A DNA stretch of 64,000 nucleotides. It comes from Thalia democratica (Eukaryota). Each line of letters opens with the position of its first letter. Position 1 is the first letter of the stretch. Positions 38,461 to 52,200 of this stretch are shown here, piece by piece. The notes under the pieces are model-generated. The model did not search any database. It was not told the origin of the DNA and was given only the letters and a program-made list of their open reading frames with translations. The position numbers were made by a program, and so were the translations under genes. The DNA is taken from positions 54,436,001-54,500,000 of the forward strand of contig OZ241826.1 in NCBI GenBank assembly GCA_965202585.1, read 5' to 3'.

Positions 38461-40385
38461 CAATAACTAATGTGTAAGTTTGTTAAATAGATTTTCGTTG
38501 ATTACTTTTCAGTTCTACTAACTTTTCTACAGACTAGGGGTGTAGGTACAACATACGGCCCAGCAGAGAGAATACAGCCGGCAAATAATAAATGTTAAGT
38601 ACAAACTAGATATTGAAATAATAACTCAAAAACACTTAAGATGTATGATATTAATTAAATTGAAGTAAGTTGTGGTGCTAGTTTGTTATAATGTGCTCTT
38701 GTAGAGTCTATGGAAAACAGTTGTAAACATTGTCTAATGACTTAACAATATTCACAAAAACAAACTCTACAAAACACGATGGATAATTTAGTTATACTGC
38801 TAAACTATCTTTACAGGATATACTGATTTTTTATATAGTTAAAAAGCTTTTCTTCTATATTATCAATGTTTTTTTTTTAAGTCTTATAGTTTAACTTTCA
38901 GAAATTTCATACTCTAAATTTGGCATAAATATTTAACTAATATAATGATGTTTCTAAGAAAGAGGTGTTTTTAAGTGACCAATTTTGAGAAGATTTTGAT
39001 TATTGATTTATAAAATATTTGCTCTTTAGGTTTTTAGTATTAAATATATAAAAAATTGTAGCATTTTCACTCAAAAGTTTCTTGTTAATTAAATTTGCTA
39101 AAAAAAGCACCAAATCCAACAATATTAGAAATTAACATTTTTTTAAACTGTACTTAACTATAAAAAAAAGAACTTTCAATTTAAGAAGAAGAAGTTTAGT
39201 CTAACTAACTCATGAGGAATTACCATTGGGCTGAAATCTATAAACTAGTTTGACTTTTTGTGTTAATAAAATTAAATGATTTTTTGTTAAATAAAATTTT
39301 TGAACTTTTAGAGCACCAGTTTATTTTGTTCAATAAACTATTATAAACAAATTACTTGAAATTATTTAGCATAGGCTCTCATAATTATCTAAAAGTGAAA
39401 AATGTACAACACATTAAGATCAAGCATTAAAACATAGCAGACTACATATGATAAATATAAATTAAAATATATAGTAACTAAAAAAATTAGAAGAAAAAAC
39501 TTTTTTTTTATAAACCACCATTCTGTTTCTTACTAAAAACCAATATTAGCAAAGAATTTCTTCAAAAAAACTCGTTTGGTTTGTCTGATACAAAGTGACT
39601 TAGTCTGCCTGATGTGTACTAATGAGGACGAAGCCAAGTTGCGTGAACTGTTGTTGAAGACCGTGCAGTCTAGTGCTTGTATAACTTTACGAATACAACT
39701 TCAACCAAACTCTATGTCTAACATTTTCCTTAATACGACTGAGGCTGTCACATCTGTCTCGCCGACTAGAGATGCTGCTTACCCCTAAAATACCCTCTTA
39801 AATTTGTTGATATTGAATAATTTAAGATTGTATTGAAATTTTTTTTTTAATAGTTCTAGCCTTATAAGTTTAAGCAACTATATTCTGAAATTTAAAGATT
39901 AGTTTTCTTAGCTGTTTTGATGTTTATATAAAGAACATATCTAATAAAGTTAAAGTTACAAAAATGAACATTATAAACATACAAAAGAAAATATGGTACA
40001 GTACAGACGAAGTTTATTTTTTTAGTTTTATTGAAAAATAAAATTAAAGTGTTATGAGTATAAAAACTTAACTTTAAAAACAGTATACTCTTTTTGTCTC
40101 TAAATAACTTAATTAGTTTATTATTTTTGTAAATTTATTTAATTGAAGGTAATTTGTTTTAAACATATTTGTTTGTTTTTTTATTGCAACTATCATAGAG
40201 ATAACATATCATTTTGGAATTTTGTAACTATCTTTTATATTTTGTATGGTACTAAAATTTACAGTTTGAAGTGGTTTTTAAAGAAAGTAAAAACTAAAAA
40301 AAATAGATCCAAATGGTCTAATAGTACTTAAAAAGATTATAAACAAAATATTTACACACCCTGAAGAATTAATAGGTATCCAAAA

Positions 40386-40475
40386 GGTGTGCGACTCGAT
40401 AACTGAAAGGTTTTATCGTGCACCAGGTATTAGGACCAAACATTTTCAGCTCTTTTTTTTGTCGTTAAATTAAAT
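40386..40475 (+). repeat. Structured dispersed repeat, copy E (5'-truncated)
   Basis: GGTGTGCGACTCGATAACTGAAAGGTTTTATCGTGCACCAGGTATTAGGACCAAA. Confidence 0.85.
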
Positions 40476-41919
40476 AAGATAAATTAATTGAACAATATCA
40501 AAAAAAGAAAAACTAAATAGTACTTTTAAACAATGCAACTTTAATAAAACCAGTAGATTTTTTTGCTCAGATTTTAGTGTTTAATATAAGTTTAAACTAG
40601 TATAAATAGCTTCAACAACTATAACATGCACTTTTATAAAAGTTTCTGATCTTATCTAAAATACGACTACCTTAATAAAAACACAAGTCAAAAATTGTAA
40701 AACGTTAAAAAAGGTCTCTTTCATAATAGAGTTAAAAGAAGTGGCGTCGCGTGGTCTTTTTGCTAAGGGGTGCAGCAGATTGACATTGTCAAACTAAAAA
40801 AACCCCTAGTTAGAAAAATTTAAATCATAAAGTTAATATGAAAAGATAGACAACTTTTTTGAGAAAAAGTATTTAAACTTGTTTAAATAAATCTAAAATA
40901 AAATATAAAAAGTTAACATACTTTATACCTCTAATTACCATTACCTTTTCTTTATAACTTTACCTTCTTTTTAATTTAAGTTCCATGAAAGTTTCTGTAT
41001 TTGCACAATTATAAATTTACTAACTCAAAATTAACACTTAACTAACTAGTAATCAAAAACAACATTTTAAATATAAAAGACTTTGTGCAAACAATTTTAT
41101 AAAAAATTTACAAGGTTATTAAGATCTAGTTAAAAAAAACTATCTAAACATCTTAAACATTTTATATCAGTAACAAAATAAAAGGTAAATTTTGTTCAGA
41201 CTTAATATAAAAGTTATTAAACAACCTACAAGTAATAAAATCTAATAACAAAAAATACATATACAAAAAATGTTAAATTTAAATTATTTGATATCTAAAT
41301 CTTATTCAATATCTAAACTTTTCAATAACTTATAAAAAAACTAAAAAAAAGAAGTTTAGTCAGACTTTATTACACTAACTTTATTACACTAACACATATT
41401 TCTGTGTGTTAACGGGTTATATATTCCATTATCATTATATGTTCCAGTGACTTGTTTCGCTAGGATCTGTATTAACAAACGCTTAAATTTATATTTTAAA
41501 TAGTTATCTAATAACAACAATTTTTATCTGAAACAACTAACTTTTACTACAAATGAAAAAGTTAAGTTAAATCAGAATTAGTTTTAGTATATGTACTACA
41601 TATTAACACAAAAAGTAAAATCTATGTAATAGTTGACTATTTGCAAAATAACAAAATTAAAATTTGTAAAATAACCTATAAGTATAATATCTAATCAATA
41701 AAAAACTAAGTTTAGTTAAAAGTCTACAAAATATGATCAAGCTGTAAAAACTTATTTTATTAATGCTTTAATATCAATTTAAATTTCAAGTCAACCCATA
41801 CAGTAATCATGAAGTAGTGCCAAAGTTCTTTATAAGTACAAATTTTAGTTGTTTGATCTGAATTTTAATACTTGAAATAAAACTAAGGCAACAACAGATT
41901 CTGTATGTAAGGTGTTTAA

Positions 41920-42381
41920 CAGCAAAAAAAAAGACTATTTCACTAAAATTCTATATTTTCCTTCTTTTTTTAGCAATTGTTTACCAAGTTTTTCAAAAAA
42001 ATATATGAGATTTAAAAATTTTACAGATAAAATTTTTTTAATTTTAGAGTAATTTTTAAGATGAAAAATTAAGTCTTTTCATAACTTTTGTCATAAGGTT
42101 TTTTTTTCAAATTATGTGAGAAAATTTTGTTTTAAATCAAGCTAGAACACTTTATGAAGTTTTTAGGTTGCTAGCTTAAATAATAGAAAAAGAAATAGGT
42201 TTTATAACTATTTTTGTTTTGTTATCCCCTCCAATAAGAGGCTATTACTTTGTCTGACCTTATCTAAATAGTTAATTTTTTTTTTAATCATAAAATGAAA
42301 TTTTTGGCTTACTAATATAACTTAAAAAAAAAATTATACCACTTACCTTAGATAGTAAAAATTGTAGATCTCACCATAGCC
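41920..42381. mobile_element. Partial Kolobok-like family copy
   Basis: Contains the AACAGCAAAAAAAAGACTATTTCACTAAAA block and ends CTCACCATAGCC|TTAA. Confidence 0.5.
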
Positions 42382-42469
42382 TTAAATTTAAACATAAATT
42401 TTTTCTACTAAGTTAATGCCAACCTTATTTATGATGAGTATTTTTCATTTTCGAAATGTTTTTTTTTTT

Positions 42470-42522
42470 GGAATTGGCAAATTTCAGGTTTTTCAAGGTT
42501 TTCAGGTAAAGTGGCAACCCTG
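42470..42522. mobile_element. Isolated right end of a CAGGGTTGCCA-type element
   Basis: TTTTCAGG repeats followed by GTGGCAACCCTG. Confidence 0.4.
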
Positions 42523-42659
42523 TAAATAACATAGGTAGCCTCTATTTTCTCTAAATACTTTAATGTATTCAGGAATAAAAAAATAATGATAAATGAAAAA
42601 ATGGTTATTTTTTTTATGAACCATTGCTAAAATAATTGTCAATAAAACACAACATTTAA

Positions 42660-42989
42660 AATTCTTAAAAATTGTTGAAAGGACCGCAACTTAAAAAGTA
42701 ATGTATATTTCAAAAATTTATAAATAGGTATTTAAATCTTATTAGTATATACAAGCCATTTTTTATTTTTGGAAACTTTTAAATTTTTTTGTGATATGAT
42801 TAAAATAAGTTTTGAAATATAGTTATTTTTAATAATTTCTAATTTATTTTTAAATAATCATAAATTTGCAAATAAAAAAATGGCTTGAAGATATTAATCA
42901 GACCTAAATAGCTATTTACAGTTATTAAAATATGTTTTACTCTTTGAGATATGGTTTCTTAGATTTTTTTTTTGAATTGTCGTATAACC
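42660..42989. mobile_element. MITE, GGGTGCACGAC family, left end decayed
   Basis: AAGGACCGCAACTTAAAAAGTAATG..TACAAGCCATTTTTT..AAAAAATGGCTTG interior; ends TTGAATTGTCGTATAACC. Confidence 0.55.
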
Positions 42990-45250
42990 ATGAAACACTC
43001 ACAAAACTACTAAGTTTTATAATTTTTAACAATAATGCCTTTAAAGAACTTGTTATAACTTTTGGTTTTGATAGTTTTTTTTTTTGTACATGTGTCGACC
43101 ACTGGGTTTTGATCTTGCTACATTCAACTCAGAGAGTAAACATTTAGTGTATTCATTTTGTTTATATTAAGAACATTTTTCAATGTTCAAAAACTATTTT
43201 TTTAATTCACATAGTGCTGCAGTTCATGCAGCTCCAAAGTTAACCTTTTCAACAACTTTTTGTATAAAATTTGAATATATTTAAAATCCAGCTGACACAG
43301 ATTGAGCTTGCAGCTGAGAACTTTGAAGATATTTGAAGATCGATTGTAAAACTCGAAAAACTAACAAATTTACCATTAAATTCATTGAAAAAAAGCAAAA
43401 AAAAATGTTTTTTTTTTTGACTAAGTTGAACAAAGTTGACAGCTCCAGTGTGCCACCCCACGTGACGCCCCTGGTTAAAAGAACAAGTTACCGTTGTAAT
43501 ACGCTTTGTTTTCTGTATTCAAAAATTCTGCTTAAGAATATTATTTTCAAAACTTTTTGTTTGTAGACTATTTTATTGAAACACCTAATTGCACAGAGAC
43601 TACTGTACTACAGTGATTTCAACTTAAAGATTATTAAATTATAAGTTTATAATTGAATAAAATTTTAACATTGTTTACTGTGTTTAAAAATTGTAAAATT
43701 TTAAATAAGACTTTTTTATTGTTTACAATTTACATTATAACATTTGAAACTTTTATTAAAATAAGCTCCTTCTGTTGTGATCGTATACCAAGTAGAGTAG
43801 TTAGAAACCTTAAAATGCGCTCAAAAAGGTGTATAATACCATTCTATATAAATCATTTCAAAATAATGCTTGAATTAGTACACAATTTATTTGTTTTACA
43901 TGCTATTTTATATAACCATTCGATTTACAAGATTTTAAAATACTACAAAAATTTGTACGCATTTTATTTGCTTTAATAGCTATCCAACCATTTAATTCTT
44001 TTTTTTTCAGAAAACGTTTTCAAACTTTGCACAGCTTGTGTTTTTGTTTCCAAAAATTATATATATTTTATTATCTTTTTAATTTCAATACTATGAAATT
44101 TAAAACTGAAAACGATAATTTACTTAAACGTTTATTAATCTAAACTAAATTTCTTTATTAAAATAGTCTTACAATATGTAAGTGTATTATTCTAAAAAAA
44201 TACAATTTTTTTCTGTCCACTGAAATACTTTATTTGTTCAAACAAAACAAGAAAAAGGTAAACACACGTAAAACTAAAAATTTACACTTAGGGCTTGTAT
44301 CTTTGTTCCGAAAATTTTTAAACGTAATATAAGCTCTGTCAAATGATAAAAAACAGTCGAAAAAAATAACAACTATATTTTGTCAATAAAGGAGGAACTT
44401 TAAACGTTAGGGTTCGTACAATTAAAATTCAACACAAAGTATTCTATTCTACACACATGTATTTTTCAAGATTTATAATTACAAAAAATCAAAAACAAAC
44501 TACTTATTGCCATATTTTGTAGAAATTCTAATGATATATTAAACGTGTTTCCACAGTGCAACACATATATATATATCTTATAGGCACGTCTAAATTTTTA
44601 TACATAATAAAAATTTTGCTTTTTTATTAAACTATGCACAAAATGAAATATACAAAAAAAAGTCAAGCATTTAGAATTTTTTAAATACTGTTTTTTTGTA
44701 AAAGCGTTTTATGCTGTTGATAATTAAATTACCACTCAATTTACAATAAGTTATTTTTGCACATTATTGTTTTTGATTGGTTTTTCAACCAAGATAAGTC
44801 TACTCTTACAAAAAAACATATTTGTAATAAAACTTTGCATATACTAAATTACAACAGAGATGACTAAACCAAACTTTCGTAGGTATAAAAGCAACAAAAA
44901 GTTAGCACACATTTTAAACTTTCTTGAAACTTTAAATAAAAAACCAAAACAACATAAATTGTTTAACAACATACAAAAATAACAACTTTCTGTAATCGAT
45001 AGTGGACAGATTTTCAGGGTGTATAAGAAACCCATTCAAACAAAAAAAGCAAAAATTAAAATAAAATTTTGGAGCGGTGACAGGGTTCTATGGTATGGGG
45101 GTTAAGAGTTTCAATAAAAACTCGGCCATTTTGTATCATTTATAATTTCCTAAAAAGTTTTTTGGCCGGAAAAGAAAGTACATTTTGCTAAAGCCTAAAA
45201 AAACTTGTTTTACACAATGATAAAAAGTGACAGTGTTGCGTAGACATTAG

Positions 45251-45279
45251 TTGCGTAATGACGTCATTCGATACGTCAT
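45251..45279. promoter_or_regulatory. Cluster of bZIP sites (C/EBP-PAR-type site, palindromic CRE, half CRE)
   Basis: TTGCGTAA overlapping ATGACGTCAT, followed by TACGTCAT, within a CpG-containing island in AT-rich DNA. Confidence 0.45.
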
Positions 45280-46224
45280 CAGTGCTTCACGAAATGAAGA
45301 AAACTCGGACCTAATTTTCTAAGTAAAAGAAGGAAACTATACAGAAAGTTTAAAACAGTTTGATAAATAAATGTATTAAAAAGTTTAACTATAATATGCA
45401 GAATACTTTAAGTTTAATTAATATTACACTCATGCATACATGCTTAAATATATTACGTAAATATATAGTATTGTATAAATTAATGATAGCTAGCTTATAC
45501 GGTTATGTTATTGCTGTAAGCTTGTTTTTCTATATACGCACACTTGTCTACAACATCACACACTTATCATAAATATGTATAACAATAAGTCTAAATTTTA
45601 TGTATATATAATTAACTAGCCTCTATCTATCATAAATATCTTTAGAAAAATTAAACAAAAGGCCTCAAAAGAATTAAGTAGTTATCGGCCAAAAGGATTA
45701 AATAAGGGTAATGTTTAAGGTTTCAAATCAAGAGCGAAAAATCATCATATTAGTGGTTAAAAATATAAGTTTGACTCGTGTTCTTTTTTTACTCATAAGC
45801 ACAACTGAACACCACAATAGCAGGTTTTTGAATCCAATAGATTTCAAAAAAGAGACAGAATACTGAAAGACAAAAACTTAAAATTAATCTTTAAATTTAA
45901 ACAGGACTTTTTGTTCAATTTAGCAAATGGGGTCTTCATATGTAAAAGTAGTCGAGTCTTCGGTAGAACGCAACGAAAACGTTAAAAAAACAGGTAGACC
46001 CTGCTCGATGTGATACTAAAAGAAAATTGCGTCTATCTGAAAATAAATAGTAGTAATTTGTAAGCTGTCTAAAATGTAGTTGTTATGAAAATTACTTGAC
46101 AGTATGCAGGTACTTTTTTCAAAATTTATTAAAAATTTAAGTTTTTAAGTATATGCTTTTGTCTAATATTATGTCGTTTATAAATGTTCTATATTAGAAT
46201 ACAAAACTTACTTGTACAAGTTTT

Positions 46225-49200
46225 CTATTGGGCAACCGCGACAACCGGAGCCTGAGTTGAGCTGGTATGTTGCACATTAGCACCTTTTTTGTCCTCCTGG
46301 GTTGGAGTTATTTGAAGTGGGTGCATGTGAAATGGTGGTGGAACTTGCATGTGACCAGCAGGTGGAGGTGGAATCGGATACTGTATAACATTTATATTTA
46401 TTAAAATAGTAACTGTGATAAATCTAATCTAAGAGCTAATAAAATAGGCAAATTTGTACAAAATGAGTGCCTAGTGTATTTAACTTGTGTGAAATTAATG
46501 ACAATAAAATGGCGACAATTTAGGAATACATGTCTAAAGTTGAAGCTTACTTTAATCTTTGAAATTAATTGTGTTAAATTGTATTATGAAAGAAAATAGT
46601 TCAAGAAATCACGCTCCAAAGTGTTTGTAAGAAGAACGATGTATAAATATAACTTTAGGTGGGTATTTTGAATGCATTATCTGGTTGCACGCTTGATTGA
46701 TTAAGCTGCGTGAACTTTGCTCACTGCAATGATGCTAGCAAAGTACAACTTAAGCACTTATCTGACTTTACTCGATTTGCAACAGTAAAACTTGGCTCAG
46801 TGTTTATCAGAAATGAATTTAAGATGTAAGTTGTAACTCAACATGATCTTCCTGAATTATTCACATTTCACTTTCGATTTCCAATGTTAATACGGTTTCT
46901 TTTTAAAAGCTAAGAATTGATTTATTAAAGATTTAAAACATTTGGTTTATAAAAAAATAGCAAGTTTTTAGTTTTTGAAAAATTTTAATTTTATATTTTT
47001 ATATTTTAAATTAAAGTAAGTTAAAAGGGTTTGAATATAAATAACGGAACGAGTAAAATATCCAATTAAGCATAATTAAGCCAAAAAAAATATTATAGAA
47101 TTGAAATGATAACAAAGTTATATTTTTTGTTGTGTATAGGTCTTTATTACTTTTAAAATTGATTTGAAAGCTTTATTGTTTTGATTTAACACATTTATTT
47201 ATATATGTTTATAATTACGAATTGTTTTTAATAGCATAAACATTAACTTAAGTTTAATATAGTATACTTTTAATCATTCTAATTAATATTTTTAGTGTTT
47301 TAGTTTATAAAACCTGTAAATGCTTTTAGGTATAGTTTATTAACAATTTTTATAAACATTTTTTTTACACTTTTAAATTATATATAAAAACTACTTTTTC
47401 CAAAATATAAAATTAAGCGTCAGCATATATTTAAGTTTTTGTTTTTTTCAAAAATTTAGTTTTGTTTCGATACAAGTTAGTACAAACACTATACAGCTAA
47501 GGCTCAAAATAAAACTTTACAAGTTATTATTATTAATTTGCAACAGCTGTATGCGATTACAATTGAATTAACTTTGCGCAGCAAATAGCCAGCGACTGTT
47601 ATAATGTAGTCTTTTAAAAAAGTAGAGTAGCGTTGTAGAGAGAAGGCAAAGAGAGAAAACGGCACTCTTATTTTTCACTTTTTTGCCTGGGCAAGTTTTG
47701 AGCAGAGCCAAGTGAAACGTGGCTTGTAAGTTTTATGTGATCTCTGCTTTATTTGTTTTTCACTAACTGTAGGTATAATCTATAGCTGCCGCCGTATTAA
47801 TTGGTGGTGGTACGACAACTTAAATAATAATGTTGTAACACGATGAGATTTTATCATTTTTACGCTTGTTTCTCGTGTATCCTAGTTGAGCTCATTTGTG
47901 TCTATTTTTAAACTGTTCATACTTGACTAATTGCACACGTGTATCAAATTGATTCACATTACCTTTAGTTAGTTTTTCTATCATAATTAAAATAGAATTC
48001 TTAAAAATTTTTAGAATAGTGTTTTGTGAACTTAGTATCAAATATAATAAACAGCTCTAACAAAAAACTTTTTGTATTAAGTTTCTTGTGCACAAAAAGA
48101 AATGCTTCATGCAACAATAGAAACTCTTTTTACCTTACATTTTTGAGCATACTTTTGTTTTTTACGTATTAAAGTCCTTGTTGCAGCCAGAACAAAGTGC
48201 AAATATCTTTTTGTGTAGAAATATTAAGCTATTAGTTTAAGTAATGCAGTTAGAACGAGCAAAATAAGATTGCTTAAAATTAGTATTAAAGTTTGTTTAA
48301 GAAAGGCTTGTAGAGATATGCTTTAAACTAAACTCTGCAAACGTTTATAATTTATTTGATTATTTAGTTACAACAGACTTTTTTTGGCTTACTTTGACAT
48401 TTTTAGATTTGTTTCCTTTTGTCTACTTTTTATTTGAACAAGATAACAAAACATTATAGATTACTTGTTCATTTTATAAATAAAATTCTACAAGCTTATA
48501 ATATATTATTTTGCTATAAATAAGTAACGTCACAAAAAGTTGCATACCCTTATTTTTTGTTAAAAATAAAAAGTATTAATAAGTATATAAATTTTAGTAT
48601 CAACAAATTAGACATTGTTTTACAACTTACAGCAACATGGGGTGGTGGTCCAGCAATGTGAAGCTGTGCAAACTGCTGAACCGGAACAGCCGGTCCGTGA
48701 TGAACAATATTTGTAGCAACGTGTCCATTATCCATCTGTGGGGCCGGGTAGCCCTAAGAGAAAATTTGAAATTAATATAAAGTTATTAAAATTGTTTAGA
48801 TAACTTTTTTTTAATATTAACAAGACCCTCCTTAGTTGATAATACTCAACAGTAAATAGTTTAAGTCATAATAAATGCTAACGTTAGCTTAATATACATA
48901 GTTTAATACACTTATGTTAGTAAAAAAAATAATAAACTTTTCGAAATCATGTTAAAAATATATAAAAAGTACACATTAATATGTTGTACAAATAAATAAT
49001 TTTATCTTAAGTTTTATATTAAGTTTATGTCAATACTGTTTAATAACTATAATTAGTACCATTAAAGTCAAATTACTAGTTTTAATTAGACAAGTTTATT
49101 ACCTGACTGCCGTGCTGAGGTTGCAGCATGTACTGGTGATTCATTATCATGTAATGAGGCCCGTTGACCTGAGGCAATGTTTGCGAAAATTAAGATAAAA

Positions 49201-52200
49201 CGTTAAAATATTTTTGAAAAGAAATTGAAAAAAAAAAAAAAAAACTAACAAACTGCGGGCTCGTGATTGGCATCATCACTCTATTAGGACCGTTTCTGAA
49301 AATTATTTTTAAAGTAAATGTCATTTTCGACTTCAGAACATATAAATAATAGCTTCAATGGTTATTAATTACTTTAAAGATTTAACTTTACCTTTGTGGT
49401 TGATAGCTCATGTGTCGAGCACCAGAAGAATAACCTTCAAATTGGTAAATTCCCTGTTCGTTTGGAAATGCACGGGCAATCATTCTCGGATGGTTCTTTT
49501 TCTTGTTTGCATTTCCATCAGCAAACTTTATCATCAATGGTTCCGTGCATTGTGATTTGTTTACTGCAACAATTTTAATTAGAGAAACTTTCCTGCTTTT
49601 TAAAGCTTAATTTAACAACTTTAAGTGAAAGTCAAGCGTAACACGGTTGCTAGTATGTATAAAATACTTCTGTAGTAGTGAGAAAAAGCCACTTACAAGT
49701 ACAGCCAGATAGTTCATTCATAAACTTTCCATTAATACGAGCTATGATGAGCTCACACTTTTCCTTTGATTCCATTCTGTGTTAAAATTGTTTTTGTAAA
49801 AGTACTGATTAAAAGCATGTGTATTATTATAAACACTTTTATTTGAGTTTTAAAAAGTCTTTTTATCATTTATAATGGAATGAAAATTACCTTATTAATA
49901 AAGAACGACCATTTATAAAGTATCTACTAAATTATAAAAAATACAAAAATAAAAACTGATCTGACTTAATCTTAACTTTATAAAAACAAAAAATACCTTG
50001 CAAAACCGACTCCTCTAGAAAGACCGCTAGAGTTTTCACGTAGCACTCTTGTCGAAACGACTGCTCCATATGGCTTCAGAATACTTTCAAGCTCGGTCTC
50101 AGTTGCGTCCCTTGGCAAATTGCTGAAGTACAAATTCGTTGGATCTTGTTCTTGTTGCTGTTGGTTAATTGTTACTTATTACAACCGGTAAAGTAGTTAC
50201 ATAACTAGAATGCCTAAATTCGACCTTATTCTCTTTACTTTTACTTAAGCTGATTGTGCTGTTTTAAATTCTTAATAGTTATTTAATAATAAAAAAACTA
50301 TAATTTGATACATTTATTTTTAAGCCAAACAAGTAAAGGTTAACGTGCAAACTTTTCAGTATCAATATACTTGAAAGTTTTCTTTAATTTTTGTAATTAC
50401 AGCCATTTATTAAAAAAGTTCATTTTGTAAATCTTTTAAAGATATGCGCTAAAACTAAAAAAGGTTTTTGTGCATTAGCTTAGCATGTAATTTAAAGTTT
50501 TATAATTCATTCATTTAAGAAAAATAAATGCAAATTTGCAGCTTGAAATGTTTAATCACTGCTATTGTATCCGGCATCTTTAGCAATATAACAGTATAAA
50601 GGAAACGCATGTAGGTAGCAAATCACACATCCTGTACTTTTTTACATGAACAAAAAGCACGATTTCTGCTGCAGAAAAAAAGTAAACAAAATGGTATGAT
50701 AGGAAGCTTTATAACTTGTTTACTTTATTGCTTTTTGTGTATATTTTACAATTTAAATTGTTGTCATTGTTATGAAAAAAAACTAAACGATACATACTGT
50801 ATTTCTATACACATGCACTACTGTAAAAGCACTTAAAAAGAGGAAAAAAAGGAACTTTAAAATCAAATTTTAAAAACTGTTATTGTTGCTGGCTGTTTTA
50901 TATACGATAAAATCTAAAAAATAGAGAACGACTGTGAAACAAAGCAAACTTTTGCAGTGTTGAGAACAACACAGGCTGCATTAGCTCAATCCACTTACAA
51001 TTTGTGAGTTGTTTTTATGATATTAATAAAATGTTACCTGTTAAGCGTCAAAAAATAAGCAAAGGGCTGTCAAATAAAGCTTGGATAATTTAACAAAATA
51101 TAAAGGTAAAAAAAGACCACAACATTTTAACTTTATTTAGAATTTTACAGTTCGCTACTTTACGCGTTGTTATTTATGTGCCGCGTGGAGCTTTAATGCT
51201 GTTGAGTTACAATGCTTTTTTTTTCAATTTGCCCTTATTGAACTTGTTTACGCCAAATCTGGACACGCAATAGCAATTTTATTTGTTTTTTTATGATAGA
51301 AAATCATATACAACTACTTTTTTAAATTAGACAGAAGATCAAAAAAATTAATTTTTTTATGTCTACTTTTCCATTTATACTAACTGTTTGATTTAATTTT
51401 TAAAAGCTTTATTAAGAAAAACTACAATTTAAAAATTAATACATCCTTTCAGTTAAACAAACTGTATTTTTGCTTAAAAATTTTTCAAATATTTTTGATA
51501 AATAATTACTACTTCCTTAATTTGTTCGCCTTTATTTAGTTTCACCTTTTTTCTCCATACTTAATCTTACAAGAAATATTAAATAAACTGCTTATTCTTA
51601 AGAATAAAAAACAGTTAGAATTAAATTTAAGATTTAAAATAAACAAGCTAAGCAGAAAATTCAAAACTTTGAAATTGAAAAATTATACTTTTTTAAGTAA
51701 GTTTGTTCGTAAAATAAATAAAAAGTCTTGGTAACTAATTTTAAGATTCTAATCTAGTTGAAAAAAAAACAAATTGTCATTGTTTGTAAATCGAGTCCTA
51801 TCAAAAAGTAACAAGCAAAAAAATATATCAAAAACTGTATAAACTTTCGACTTCGAACTTTTTTGTTTATCATTACTAATTAGACTAACTGTAGTAAGAA
51901 ATTTTTCATGCACTCAAGTTTAAAAAACATTTCTTAGGCTTTTTTAATCAGCCGACGTTTTATTTTTATAAACTAATACTTGTACATTTTTTAATGTAAG
52001 TATAATGTATTAGAATTATGTTTTTCGGTATTGATGTTACACTTATAAATCGTAAAATTTTGAACAACATACATAGGTCTTTCCTACCTTCGCCATCTGG
52101 GCCTGGATGTTAGCTGATTTCAACATCTCAACAGCTTTTTGAGCAGAATCGGGCTGTTCAAAATCTACAAAGCCGTAACCTTTAAAATTTTATAAAGATT

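Noticed and set aside
45090-45105. GGGGGTTAA piggyBac-like right end
   Set aside because: No matching TTAACCC left end with shared TIR nearby.
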